Source: Thermoplasmatota archaeon (GTDB lineage Archaea > Thermoplasmatota > Thermoplasmata > UBA10834). From it: a stretch of DNA of 64,000 nt. The position numbers and the translations under genes are program-made. The stretch covers positions 5,989 through 69,988 of the forward strand of contig JAHIZT010000037.1 of the NCBI GenBank assembly GCA_018814355.1, in the 5' to 3' direction. Shown piece after piece: positions 28,201-37,032 of this stretch (positions are counted from its first letter, which is position 1; every line of letters starts with the position of its first letter). The notes under the pieces are model-generated. The model was not told where the DNA came from. It worked only from the letters and a program-made list of their open reading frames with translations, and did not search any database.

Positions 28201-29717
28201 CCATGTACGGCTTCCTGATAATCGTTCAAACGAACCTTCCGGACCTGATCTACCGGAACGGGAACGACATGCTGAGGATAATCGTCTGCACTGATAGGTT
28301 CGGTCCAGGCATCGCTTTCGGCGTGCGAATCGCGAGGCTCACGGACGGCAGCTATGACATACTCGCGAACGCCACACTGGTGCTGAAGAACGGTGTGGTC
28401 AACGTGCTCATCGACCCGCTCATGCACATAATGAGGCGCCTGGTGGAGGTGCATTGCACCGCCAAGACATGGGGCATGGACATCGTCATGCCGGAGGTCG
28501 AGCCGTACGATCTCGCAAGCGTGAGCACGTCCCAGATCCCTGGTGTAGGGACTTTCCTCTCCAACATACCTATTCCAATCCTTGGGCTCTCGGCATCCAT
28601 CGAAGCTGGTATGGAACTCAAGTACTCGCCGCCATTCCCGACCGATGTCGTCGTCAACGAGTTCGAGTCGAACCCGCACGGGGACGATTCAGGAAAGGAA
28701 TGGGTGGAGCTCTACAACCCTCTAGGGGTGCCCAAATGCGTCGACGGCTGGATGGTCTCCACGGTCCACGGCAGGAACAGCGCCATGAGGATATCGGGCA
28801 CGATAGCTCCAAACGGGCTCCTGACCTTCGCGTTCCCCGAGACATCGGTGGACAACGGCGAACCTGGGGATCCGTTCAACAACGGTGACTCGATAGTCCT
28901 CACGGACCCAGCCGGGGTGCCCGTCGATTCAACGCCAATGCTGAGAGACGGGGGCAATGACGAGAAGACGAACCAGCGCAGTTGGGACGGCGGCCCCAAG
29001 TGGGTTTTCAGGCAAGGGAGCAAGGGCGGCTCCAACGGAGTGCCCGTCCTTCTGGCCAGCGAGGACTTCATCGTCAAGGCGTTGTTCGAGGCGTTCAAGG
29101 AGGCCTTTATACAGACACAGCTGCAGGAGGTCTCCGCCTCCCTGGACTTCGTCTTGCTGTTCGCGAAGCGCGTGCTGAACAACTTCATAGAGAACCTGCT
29201 CTCCCTGGTCAAGGAGATCATCCACGCGGTGATCTTCTATGTCAAAGTAGTACTGAGCGACGCCTCGGGGACGGCAGGGGTCGGGATGAGGCAGTCCTTT
29301 GTCGTCACGGGCGAGGCCATCGTCGATCTGCTCCGATGGCTCGTACATACGCTCGCCACCTTCATAGTGAACCTTGGCAGGCCGAGCAACCCGATCGTCT
29401 ATCCGACCTTCCCGAAGAGCATCTTCTCTGAGCTGTACCTCTCCTTCGAGGTGCTGTTCACGGTGGGCATGCCAAAGATGGTCCGCGTCCTGGGCGCGGT
29501 TGGGGACTTGGGCCACGACTTCACGATGGCGGTGTCGATCTCCCCCAACATCCCAGCGCTGGGCAAGGTGATGGGAAGGAACTGGGGCAACTGGAGCGTC
29601 GAGTTCGGAGCTTACCTAGAAGGAGTGCCCGCAGGGTTCGCAATGGGGTTCCTCGTTGTCGAGGCTGGGAAGTACATCGATTTTTGGCTTTTCAAGGGGA
29701 GAGTGTATGGTCTCTGA
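25278..29717 (+). CDS. Very large protein with a class III (prepilin-type) signal peptide and a lamin-tail domain
   Basis: DRAG|QVSFAVIAVVLL N-terminus; VVVNEFESNP...EWVELYNP...FNNGDSIVL is an LTD. The start is uncertain (25278 or 25335; ORF track 25143). Confidence 0.8.
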   Translation: MAMSIRTVGLGSSLSKLRSMNRDRAGQVSFAVIAVVLLTASAITGTYMAKSQLDRAQDERRQKLLDAMEDAAGDVIQELSLCGASKAHETVSSWTRFPVNESDISDAYSDKVSMYIGTSYPRSEGKFAVEVSNWTGGLFFIERKTLDLVPQEANGTEELEIDGIKMDYEKLPSPSAEVMGETTANPYYVALGNFSIRVSVKNVALVKQSSFQRPIVSALPFLESKLRAFEGASDGELSDLGRLLGYMLSTLCELRVLEGYGQPMYSGRETSQVLTEDDVYRAVAVGLLLEQARVFRTVDHGFAAQVADACGGGYPGIDAFLSPKERTLDAAELFLWFLGITKPQIDSRMIIAQAVFGLSDALALRIMDYMGWLGQLDLAKGLLDSMHSTIDSFVSFLTGVDKSWIAVVSWIGKTLKMTGADPRAYSELFSSPEDFSVLVPERQYFVEDASGNLYPVWVGNMSCPVNVPQYDLLSSAKWKDFYASYKECQASFRTQLADGITRLAFDIADLAQLDMNETVVDPTDGRDIFESLVHGSGEVDLRLERTSLAQRGKNLPMFSSNYQLATRFGQFVNANGLSLVNRTGLLQATYSDLATSVAASARYAYIPDLVVPVEQQIEDIVRHDVELDAGWGVGAATASFLDGISARDLERLVALVNMSIVKADDGFMGPLVDSVANMIAWGTDTLPGLEQLVEMQLSAFARQVLEQKEFSAHKRHVQVGLGGTFEFWEGDKTSAAGNARVMNESLNVSVQSGLPPMQTVPFDASAGYDSLENLFPTDNMLVQVKGPWDFDSSIASYPNLHLTSADNETLKPYSTQWTVSVLGVLSLALSTHNSAMQSILSDGGTESRRSIRIEVCVPVVVHSAWPLQGVVYNPTNTALADGLAAARVCYDILWDKLGPVLGWVKDGMEMIYKFVSDAFDVLARFANRMIKYITEAMQTLIENLQEYIQKVADSALGKAIRWFIDITGRVEFRFSMYGFLIIVQTNLPDLIYRNGNDMLRIIVCTDRFGPGIAFGVRIARLTDGSYDILANATLVLKNGVVNVLIDPLMHIMRRLVEVHCTAKTWGMDIVMPEVEPYDLASVSTSQIPGVGTFLSNIPIPILGLSASIEAGMELKYSPPFPTDVVVNEFESNPHGDDSGKEWVELYNPLGVPKCVDGWMVSTVHGRNSAMRISGTIAPNGLLTFAFPETSVDNGEPGDPFNNGDSIVLTDPAGVPVDSTPMLRDGGNDEKTNQRSWDGGPKWVFRQGSKGGSNGVPVLLASEDFIVKALFEAFKEAFIQTQLQEVSASLDFVLLFAKRVLNNFIENLLSLVKEIIHAVIFYVKVVLSDASGTAGVGMRQSFVVTGEAIVDLLRWLVHTLATFIVNLGRPSNPIVYPTFPKSIFSELYLSFEVLFTVGMPKMVRVLGAVGDLGHDFTMAVSISPNIPALGKVMGRNWGNWSVEFGAYLEGVPAGFAMGFLVVEAGKYIDFWLFKGRVYGL

Positions 29718-29768
29718 TGTCCCACAAAAAAAATAAATGTCCAAGATGTATCCGCTGACTGGTCATCC

Positions 29769-30995
29769 ATGGACATATCACTGGCATCGATATTGGACAA
29801 CATGCTCTCGGATGTCTGGTTCCAGCTCACGTTCCTCCTAGTGGTATCGCTGTTCGCGAGCTTGATCTTCGCACGGTTCGGCCAGCCCAAGGTTATCGGA
29901 TACATCGTTGTGGGCGTGGTCATCGGACCGAGCGTTCTGGGCATAATAACGCCCGCTGCGGGCGAGGTCTCGGGCCTCCCCGAGGTCATTCAGATGCTCG
30001 CGCTGCTCGGGTCGATCATCCTGCTGTTCATGATAGGGCTCGAGTGCGACCTGAAGGAGGTGTACACGAAGCGCTCGATAGCGATCGCCGTCGGTGGTGT
30101 CCTCCTTCCGTGGTTGGGCGGATTCCTCGTCGCGGGCCTGTTCGGATACGACACGATTGATGCGGTCTTCATCGGCACGGCGCTCGTGGCCACAAGCGTG
30201 GCCGTCACCGCGGGCGTGACTTCTGAACTTGGCATGATCGGCACCCCCGTGGCCTACGCCATCATCGGGGCGGCAGTGGTGGACGATGTTCTCGGCATGG
30301 TCGCCCTCTCGATCTCGAAGAACTTCCCCGAGGGTGCGATCGACCCGTTGAGCATACTGCTGTTGGTCGGAGGCGCGGTCCTGTTCATCGTGCTGGGCTC
30401 CTGGATAGGCTCCAGGTTCCTCACGAAACTCGTGTTCAACGTCCAGGTCTCAGGATATCGCCGAAAGCTCCCCATGAGCGGGTTCGTCCTCGCCCTTTCG
30501 ATCGCGTTCCTCTATTCCTTCATCGCTGAGACCATCCAGATATCTGCAGTCGTTGGGGCGTTCGTGGCCGGGACGGCCTTCTCTGGATCCGTTCTCAGGG
30601 ACGGGTTCAGGAAGGGAACGCAGTACCTCGAGGCGCTTTTCGTGCCCATATTCTTCGTCTCGCTCGGGGTCGTAGTGGATATCAGCGGCATGCTGGATGC
30701 CATATTGTTCGGTGTGGTCCTCACAGTCGTCGCCGTGCTCACCAAGATCGTTGGATGCGGCCTTCCGGCCAGGTTGACGGGCATGAAGTTCTGGGACTCG
30801 ATGGCGGTCGGCGTGGGAATGACTCCCAGGCTCGAGATCGCATTCATCATTGCGTACGTGGGGCTGTCAAGCGGGATGATCGGACCCGACGTCTATTCCG
30901 TAGTTGTCTTCATGGGACTCGTGACCGCCCTCTTCGCCCCGTTCCTGCTCAGGAAATCTCTTGAGCGGGGAGGGCACGTAATGCTTCCATCGTGA
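29769..30995 (+). CDS. CPA2 cation:proton antiporter (Kef/NapA-like)
   Basis: QPKVIGYIVVGVVIGP, LLFMIGLE, ATSVAVT, AAVVDDVLG, GAFVAG and GMTPRLE motifs. Confidence 0.92.
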   Translation: MDISLASILDNMLSDVWFQLTFLLVVSLFASLIFARFGQPKVIGYIVVGVVIGPSVLGIITPAAGEVSGLPEVIQMLALLGSIILLFMIGLECDLKEVYTKRSIAIAVGGVLLPWLGGFLVAGLFGYDTIDAVFIGTALVATSVAVTAGVTSELGMIGTPVAYAIIGAAVVDDVLGMVALSISKNFPEGAIDPLSILLLVGGAVLFIVLGSWIGSRFLTKLVFNVQVSGYRRKLPMSGFVLALSIAFLYSFIAETIQISAVVGAFVAGTAFSGSVLRDGFRKGTQYLEALFVPIFFVSLGVVVDISGMLDAILFGVVLTVVAVLTKIVGCGLPARLTGMKFWDSMAVGVGMTPRLEIAFIIAYVGLSSGMIGPDVYSVVVFMGLVTALFAPFLLRKSLERGGHVMLPS

Positions 30996-31024
30996 CGTTG
31001 GCAATTGAACCGATGGGAGTCAAG

Positions 31025-31234
31025 TCAGTTCTCTGCGGTCGCATAGCTCTCGCCGTAGGGTCTGCCCTTGGCAAGGTTCTGCCCGTTCTCCGGCTCGGGT
31101 CCATCCATGCCTAGCGCGAGTAGAAAAGCTCGGCCGAACGCGACCGCTGAGTCTCTATTCCCGATGCTCGTCTCGTACAGGAACGCCCTGCCCACGAGCA
31201 CTGCGAAATCCTTGTTCTTCATCATACTGACCAT
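31025..31234 (-). CDS. Small hypothetical protein with an internal repeat
   Basis: KDFAVLVGRAFL / RDSAVAFGRAFL repeat conserved at the protein level but divergent at synonymous sites; TATA-like TATAA about 35 nt upstream. Confidence 0.6.
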   Translation of the reverse strand: MVSMMKNKDFAVLVGRAFLYETSIGNRDSAVAFGRAFLLALGMDGPEPENGQNLAKGRPYGESYATAEN

Positions 31235-31336
31235 TTCGACATGATGACTATCCTCTTGCAGAGGTTATATAGAGGTCAGTGGTGGCAATCACGGCTGATT
31301 CTCAGTAGTGAAAAACGACATTGGTCATGGTCTACG

Positions 31337-32599
31337 TCACCCGATGGTCTGTTGTCCTTTCATGTACGGCTTGAGGACTTCTGGTATCGTCACCGTGCCG
31401 TCCTTGTTCTGGTAGTTGTCGAGGACGGCTATCATAGTCCTAGGGAGCGCGATCCCCGAACCGTTCAGCGTGTGCACGAACTCGCTCTTGAGATGCGGCT
31501 CCCTCCTGAACTTGATCATCGCCCTCCGTGCCTGGAACTCCTTGAAATCGCTGCACGAAGAGACTTCCAGCCATTGGTCCATGGCAGGGGCGTACGCCTC
31601 GATGTCGTATGTCTTCGAAGAGTGGAACCCTGTGTCTGCCGTGCACAGGAGCCTGACCCTGTAGGGCAGCTTCAGCCCTTGTACGACGGCCTCAGCATCT
31701 GCGAGAAGTGTCTCCAGTTCCTGCTGCGAGGTCTCAGGGAGGACGAACTTGACGAGCTCGACCTTGTTGAACTGATGGACACGAGCGATACCCTTCGTCT
31801 CGATATGCTTCCCCGCCTCCCGTCTGAACGAAGGCAGATAGGCCGTGTGGTAGATCGGCAGTTGCTCCCTCTTGAGTATCTCGTCCGCGTAGAGGTTCGT
31901 GACCGGGACCTCCGCAGTCGGGTTGAGGTACATGTCGTCTCTCTCGATCCAGTACATGTCGTCGTGCATCTTCGGCAGCTGTCCCGTGCCGACGCACGCC
32001 TTCCTGTTGATCACGATTGGCGGGAAGAGTTCCTCGTATCCTTGGTCGTGGTGAAGATCGAGCATGAACTGTATCAGCGCCCTCTCCAGCCTCGCACCGT
32101 CTCCCTTCAGTAAGTAGAATCCAGTGCCGGCGACCTTGGCCCCTCTCTCGAAGTCCAGGATGTCCAGCTTCTCCCCTATCTCCCAGTGGGAGAGCGGTTT
32201 GAAATCGAACTTCCTGAGGTTCCCCCATGTCTTGACTATCTTACTGTCGTTAGCGCTCGTGCCGACCGGGACGCTCGGGTCTGGTATGTTCGGCATGTTG
32301 AGGAGCGTGTCGTCCCTGTCGGCCTCCAAACCCTTTACAGAACTCTCGATGATTCGAATCCTGTCCGCTATGGCCCTCATCTCGGTTATCACAGTCTGCT
32401 TCTGCTCTGTGCTCAGCTTAGGGACCTGCTCGGAGACCTCGTTGCGCTTCTTCCTGAGGGCGTTCCCCTCCTCTGTGAGGGCTCTCCACTTCGTGTCAAG
32501 CTCCAAGAACTTCTCGAGAACGGAGAGGTCGTAGTTCCTGTTCTTCAGTGATTGTCGGACCAACTCCTCGTTGTCCCGGATGAACTTGGCGTCGAGCAA
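31337..32599 (-). CDS. serS: Seryl-tRNA synthetase (bacterial/eukaryal type)
   Basis: TAEVP, FRREAG, RVHQFNKVE, EVSSCS and HTLNGSG motifs. Confidence 0.97.
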   Translation of the reverse strand: MLDAKFIRDNEELVRQSLKNRNYDLSVLEKFLELDTKWRALTEEGNALRKKRNEVSEQVPKLSTEQKQTVITEMRAIADRIRIIESSVKGLEADRDDTLLNMPNIPDPSVPVGTSANDSKIVKTWGNLRKFDFKPLSHWEIGEKLDILDFERGAKVAGTGFYLLKGDGARLERALIQFMLDLHHDQGYEELFPPIVINRKACVGTGQLPKMHDDMYWIERDDMYLNPTAEVPVTNLYADEILKREQLPIYHTAYLPSFRREAGKHIETKGIARVHQFNKVELVKFVLPETSQQELETLLADAEAVVQGLKLPYRVRLLCTADTGFHSSKTYDIEAYAPAMDQWLEVSSCSDFKEFQARRAMIKFRREPHLKSEFVHTLNGSGIALPRTMIAVLDNYQNKDGTVTIPEVLKPYMKGQQTIG

Positions 32600-32671
32600 T
32601 CCCTACCACTCTCTTCGTTTTGACAATAATCTAGTCGATATTTAAAGTGTGGTCACGGCATGGCCAGGGGA

Positions 32672-32938
32672 TCATTCCTTGGCGAGCACGACCGTCCGGC
32701 CTCTCACTTCCACCATCGTGGAGGATGTGGCCTCTGCTAGCTCCTGACCCGAAGCCTTCCTGTCGCCTTCCACGGCCGGCAGCAGCCTCACTTTCACGAG
32801 CTTGTTCTTCTTGAGCTGCATGGACAGTTCCTCCAGAACCGTGTCGGTGACGCCTTCCTTTCCGATATGGACCGTGCAGGGCAAGGACTGCGCCTTGCCT
32901 CGGAGCTCGATTATCGTCTTCTTGTCCGTCGCCATCAT
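32672..32938 (-). CDS. YhbY/CRM-domain RNA-binding protein
   Basis: VHIGKEGVT...KLVKVRLL...VEVRGRTVVL; start at 32938 overlaps the rnp4 stop. Confidence 0.88.
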   Translation of the reverse strand: MMATDKKTIIELRGKAQSLPCTVHIGKEGVTDTVLEELSMQLKKNKLVKVRLLPAVEGDRKASGQELAEATSSTMVEVRGRTVVLAKE

Positions 32939-33252
32939 CTCCTGCCCTGGCTCAACGGGTACCTGAGGACATTGCCACAGCCGAGACACGTCATGGCTAT
33001 CCTCCCAGACCGGGTCCTGACTCGGACGTTCTTTGGCGGCAGGAAGAATACGTGGCAGGCCGGACAATAAGTGCGCTTGTGACCCGTGCGGACCTTGTGC
33101 CTTTCTCCCATCCTCAGGGCAAGTGATACATATCTCTTGGCCCTCTCATCGTGTCCCGAGGCCGTTTCCTGCTGCGCGAGCTCGAACAACCGATCGATTC
33201 GCTCGCGGGCGATGTCCTTTGCATCTCGCTTGGCAACGTGTCTTCGTCCCAT
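32935..33252 (-). CDS. rnp4: Ribonuclease P protein component 4 (Rpp21)
   Basis: IARERIDRLFELA, YCPACHVF and CLGCGNVLRYP zinc ribbon. Confidence 0.92.
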   Translation of the reverse strand: MGRRHVAKRDAKDIARERIDRLFELAQQETASGHDERAKRYVSLALRMGERHKVRTGHKRTYCPACHVFFLPPKNVRVRTRSGRIAMTCLGCGNVLRYPLSQGRR

Positions 33253-33403
33253 TCTTTGTCCTAATCATGCTGAGCGTAGATAATGATTGGCGGGAGGTTG
33301 GTGCATGGCCAGCTCGGAAACCAACGCCTAGCGCTCCTCAGTGAGGTTTAAATACAGCCACAATTATCTCCGCAAACCTGAGATAGGTACCTCTGGTGTT
33401 CAT

Positions 33404-33919
33404 ATGTCCCGCAAACCTGGAAGCATGTACAGGGAGATCAAGGGGCAGGCCTACTCCCGAAGGGAGTACATGGGTGGAGTCCCTGCAAGTCGGATTACCC
33501 AATTCGAGCACGGCCAGAAGGGGGACTACGCAGTACGCATGACGCTCCGAGTCGTTGAGCAGTGCCAGATCCGGCACATTGCTCTAGAGTCCGCACGCAT
33601 ATCGGCCAATAGATATCTAGCCAAGAAGATCCCTCAGAATTCGTATCACCTCAAGATCCGCGTCTATCCGCACAATGTTCTAAGGGAGAATAAGATCGCC
33701 ACGGGCGCTGGTGCAGACCGCATATCGAGTGGAATGAGACATGCATTCGGCAAGGCCATCGGAACTGCCGCCAGGGTGAGCCACGACCAAGAGGTCATCT
33801 CCATCGAGACTACGCAGGCTTATTTCGCTGATGCCAAGATGGCATTGAAGAGGGCATCTATCAAGTTGCCGTCCCCGTGCTACATCGAGATCGAGCGCGG
33901 CCGACCGACCGCCGCTTGA
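33404..33919 (+). CDS. rpl10e: 50S ribosomal protein uL16 (L10e)
   Basis: MSRKPGSMYR, LESARISANR and LRENKIATGAGADRISSGMRHAFGK. Confidence 0.96.
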   Translation: MSRKPGSMYREIKGQAYSRREYMGGVPASRITQFEHGQKGDYAVRMTLRVVEQCQIRHIALESARISANRYLAKKIPQNSYHLKIRVYPHNVLRENKIATGAGADRISSGMRHAFGKAIGTAARVSHDQEVISIETTQAYFADAKMALKRASIKLPSPCYIEIERGRPTAA

Positions 33920-34040
33920 GACGACTTTGGACCCCTAGGTGCCGCACAACGTTCTTTATCATTGTTCTCTTTACTCTTATAGCCCCGCTGAACGGTGTCA
34001 CACCTAGGATGCCGGGGAGCGCAAGGTTGGCCTTTGGAGA

Positions 34041-35036
34041 ATGTACGACATAGATCTCACCAGCGCGATATCCGAAATCAAGCGGCTGAAGGCGAGGATA
34101 GTGGCTCTTCAGGTGCCTGAAGGACTCAAGAAGCGCGCCTATCAGCTTGCTGAGGACCTCGAGAACAAGTCCGGGGCTGAAGTCCTGGTTGTCGCAGAAC
34201 CGTGCTTCGGGGCTTGTGATGTCCCGAGCTCGCTGTTCGACATGGTGGATGCTATTGTCAATGTCGGCCATTCACCCATCCCCTGTTTGAAGTTCTCCAA
34301 ACCTCTCATATTCGTCCCCGCGCGTTCCAAAGTGCCGCTTGGCGATCAGTTGAAGAAGTCTGTCGGGATGCTCCAGGAACCTGTCGGAGTGCTCGCTACA
34401 TCGCAGCATTTGACAGAGCTCGATGATGTCATCGATGGTCTTGAGAGCATGGGCATCAAGACCAGGATAGGCGAGGGGGACAGCAGGATATCCCATGCCG
34501 GCGAGGTCCTTGGATGCAACTACACATCCGCGATTTCTGTCGCGAAGAACGTGGGGAGCTATCTTCTCATAGGCAGCGGAACTTTCCACGCACTGGGCGT
34601 GCACCTTGCCACGGGCAAGAAGGTCGTAGTGCTCGACCCCAACTTGGAGGAACCTAGGGAGATAGATCAGGCCATGGACAAAATACTCAGGCAGAGACAT
34701 GCCGTGATAGAGAAGGCCGAGAAGGCCCGGACCTTCGGGATAATCGTGGGAGAGAAGATTGGGCAGAGGAGGATGAGGCGGGCAAAGGAGCTGCGGAAAC
34801 TGCTTAGATGGAAGAAGAAGGATGCCGCTCTTATCCTCATGGACAAGTTCGACCCGGAGAAGCTGAAGTCGCTCGGGTTCGACGCGTACGTCTCGACCGC
34901 ATGCCCGAGAATCGCGATAGATGACATGGCTATTTATGACAGGCCCCTACTGACCCCCCAGGAGCTGGAGATAGTGCTTGGTGTTAGGAAGTGGGAGAAT
35001 TACTCATTTGACCAGATGACCGAGGATGAGCTCTGA
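34041..35036 (+). CDS. dph2: Diphthamide biosynthesis enzyme Dph2
   Basis: LQVPEGLK, PCFGACD, GEVLGC and STACPRIAIDD (three Fe-S cysteines). Confidence 0.95.
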   Translation: MYDIDLTSAISEIKRLKARIVALQVPEGLKKRAYQLAEDLENKSGAEVLVVAEPCFGACDVPSSLFDMVDAIVNVGHSPIPCLKFSKPLIFVPARSKVPLGDQLKKSVGMLQEPVGVLATSQHLTELDDVIDGLESMGIKTRIGEGDSRISHAGEVLGCNYTSAISVAKNVGSYLLIGSGTFHALGVHLATGKKVVVLDPNLEEPREIDQAMDKILRQRHAVIEKAEKARTFGIIVGEKIGQRRMRRAKELRKLLRWKKKDAALILMDKFDPEKLKSLGFDAYVSTACPRIAIDDMAIYDRPLLTPQELEIVLGVRKWENYSFDQMTEDEL

Positions 35037-35051
35037 GGGTGGCGGTTCGGA

Positions 35052-35828
35052 ATGATAGATGTGAACGCCCTGCTATCTGTCGGTTGTCGCTCCAGGATCG
35101 CAGTCGGCATAGGGCTTCAAGAGGCACAGTTGTCACTCACCCAGCAGAAGCTCTCGTCCCTCGGATGCAAGGTTCGCCTGAAGCGGTTCAACGACTCGCA
35201 TGAGCTGGTGATGTCGTTGCGGGACGGCGACATAGATGCGGCCGTTAGAGGGACTCTTGGCTCCTCGAGAACCATCCAGGAGCTGAAAGCCTCGTTCGGC
35301 GTGAGAGAGATCATGCGCACGGCGGTCCTCGAAGATGCCAATGGGAAGCAGTTCCTGCTAACCCCGGTCGGGATCGATGAAGGGACTGACAGACAGTCGA
35401 GGATAGCGCTGGCCCTAGCATCGGTTACGTACTTCTCATCATCAGGCTGGTCGATGAAATGCGGGGTGCTTTCAAAGGGCCGAACGGAGGACTCCGGAAG
35501 AGGGTCGGATATCAGAACGAGCATCGAGGACGGTGACAGAATAGTCGACTCCCTGAGGGCGAAAGGACATGCAGCAGAACAGTACGCGATCCTGGTCGAG
35601 GATGCCGTCAGGGACTCGGATCTGGTGATAGCTCCGGATGGAGTCTCGGGAAACCTGATTTTCAGGACCCTCCATTTCGTAGGTGGGTGCAAAGCCTATG
35701 GCGCTCCGGTGGTGAACCTTTCGAGGGTCTTCGTCGACACTTCGCGATCGAAGTCGGACTTCTCGGATTCGGTCTTGTTGGCTGCGGGGTTGGTTGAGAC
35801 AAGGAGCAAGACCGTCAATCGCCCCTGA
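35052..35828 (+). CDS. mtxX: MtxX / methanogenesis marker protein 4 family
   Basis: DAAVRGTL, PVGIDEG, GVLSKGR.ED, IAPDGVSGNLIFRTL and FVDTSR motifs. Confidence 0.85.
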   Translation: MIDVNALLSVGCRSRIAVGIGLQEAQLSLTQQKLSSLGCKVRLKRFNDSHELVMSLRDGDIDAAVRGTLGSSRTIQELKASFGVREIMRTAVLEDANGKQFLLTPVGIDEGTDRQSRIALALASVTYFSSSGWSMKCGVLSKGRTEDSGRGSDIRTSIEDGDRIVDSLRAKGHAAEQYAILVEDAVRDSDLVIAPDGVSGNLIFRTLHFVGGCKAYGAPVVNLSRVFVDTSRSKSDFSDSVLLAAGLVETRSKTVNRP

Positions 35829-35860
35829 AACTATTATAGTGACCTTGTCTTATCCCTTGG

Positions 35861-36331
35861 ATGATGAGGCTGCAGATCAATGGCTGGACTTCAAAGATAA
35901 CATTCTCCGCGACGCACATCATTCCGGGCCACTCCAAGTGTGGCAGGCTTCACGGACACGACTACGCGATTAACGCCAGCATCGAGGGCGAAATGGGTCC
36001 CGACGGTGTGATAATGGACTTCATTAGCGTGAAGGAGTTCCTCAGAGAGGTGGCCAATGAGCTGGATCACCGTGTCCTGATTCCGGCCAAGGACAAGGGT
36101 GTGCGAGTGGGAAAGGATTATGTTGAGTACAAGCTCGGCGACAAGGAGCTCAGATTGCCGAGATCGGACTGCATACTGCTCGAGATCAAGGTCGCTTCAG
36201 CGGAGACGCTTGCCAATTTTGTGCTTCAGAGGATGCTGGACAAGGTCAAGTTCCCCAAGAACGTCACGCGGATCGAGATCGGCGTGGACGAGGGCAGAGG
36301 CCAGGGAGCTTGGACAGGCGCCGATCTCTAG
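35861..36331 (+). CDS. queD: 6-carboxy-5,6,7,8-tetrahydropterin synthase
   Basis: FSATH...CGRLHGHDY, MDF, LDH and SAE motifs. Confidence 0.92.
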   Translation: MMRLQINGWTSKITFSATHIIPGHSKCGRLHGHDYAINASIEGEMGPDGVIMDFISVKEFLREVANELDHRVLIPAKDKGVRVGKDYVEYKLGDKELRLPRSDCILLEIKVASAETLANFVLQRMLDKVKFPKNVTRIEIGVDEGRGQGAWTGADL

Positions 36332-36348
36332 GCCGATGGTGCATACAC

Positions 36349-37032
36349 ATGGCAGAGGCGGTCGTCCTTCTTTCTGGCGGTTTGGATTCATCGACGGTCC
36401 TTGCGATGGCACTTGAGCGAGGATTCGAGGTAGTCGCCCTGACCTTCGACTACGGACAGAAGCATCGGAGAGAGCTTGACTCCGCGACAAGAATCGCCAA
36501 GCATTATGGCGCGAAGGAACACATCGTTGTGCCGCTAGATCTCGGTCGATATCTGAACAGTTCCTTGACCCAGGATTCGATCTCGATACCTTCCGGGCGG
36601 AGCAAAGCGGAGATTGGTGCAGAGATTCCCAGCACATACGTCCCAGCAAGGAATATCGTTTTCCTCAGTATCGCTTCATCGATCGCCGAGAGCAGAGGCG
36701 CGGCCTCCGTTTTCATCGCGGCCAACGCAATCGACTTTAGCGGGTACCCAGATTGCACGCCGGAGTTCATGGACGCCTTCCAGAAGATGCTTGATGTGGG
36801 AACCAAGGCTGGAAGAGACGGACATGGTATCAAGATTGAAGCGCCGCTCCTCAGAAAGTCGAAGTCCCAGATCGTCAGAGATGCGATCCGGCTAAGAGTG
36901 CCTCTGGGGCTCACTTGGAGCTGCTACAGGGGAGGCGCAAAGGCGTGCGGCGAGTGCGATTCGTGCCGTTTGCGGCTTGAGGGGTTCGAAGCCGCTGGCG
37001 TCAAGGATCCGCTCGAATACGAGGTGAAGTGA
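36349..37032 (+). CDS. queC: 7-cyano-7-deazaguanine synthase
   Basis: LSGGLDS, DYGQ, TYVPARN, GYPDC and WSCY...CGECDSC. Confidence 0.96.
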   Translation: MAEAVVLLSGGLDSSTVLAMALERGFEVVALTFDYGQKHRRELDSATRIAKHYGAKEHIVVPLDLGRYLNSSLTQDSISIPSGRSKAEIGAEIPSTYVPARNIVFLSIASSIAESRGAASVFIAANAIDFSGYPDCTPEFMDAFQKMLDVGTKAGRDGHGIKIEAPLLRKSKSQIVRDAIRLRVPLGLTWSCYRGGAKACGECDSCRLRLEGFEAAGVKDPLEYEVK

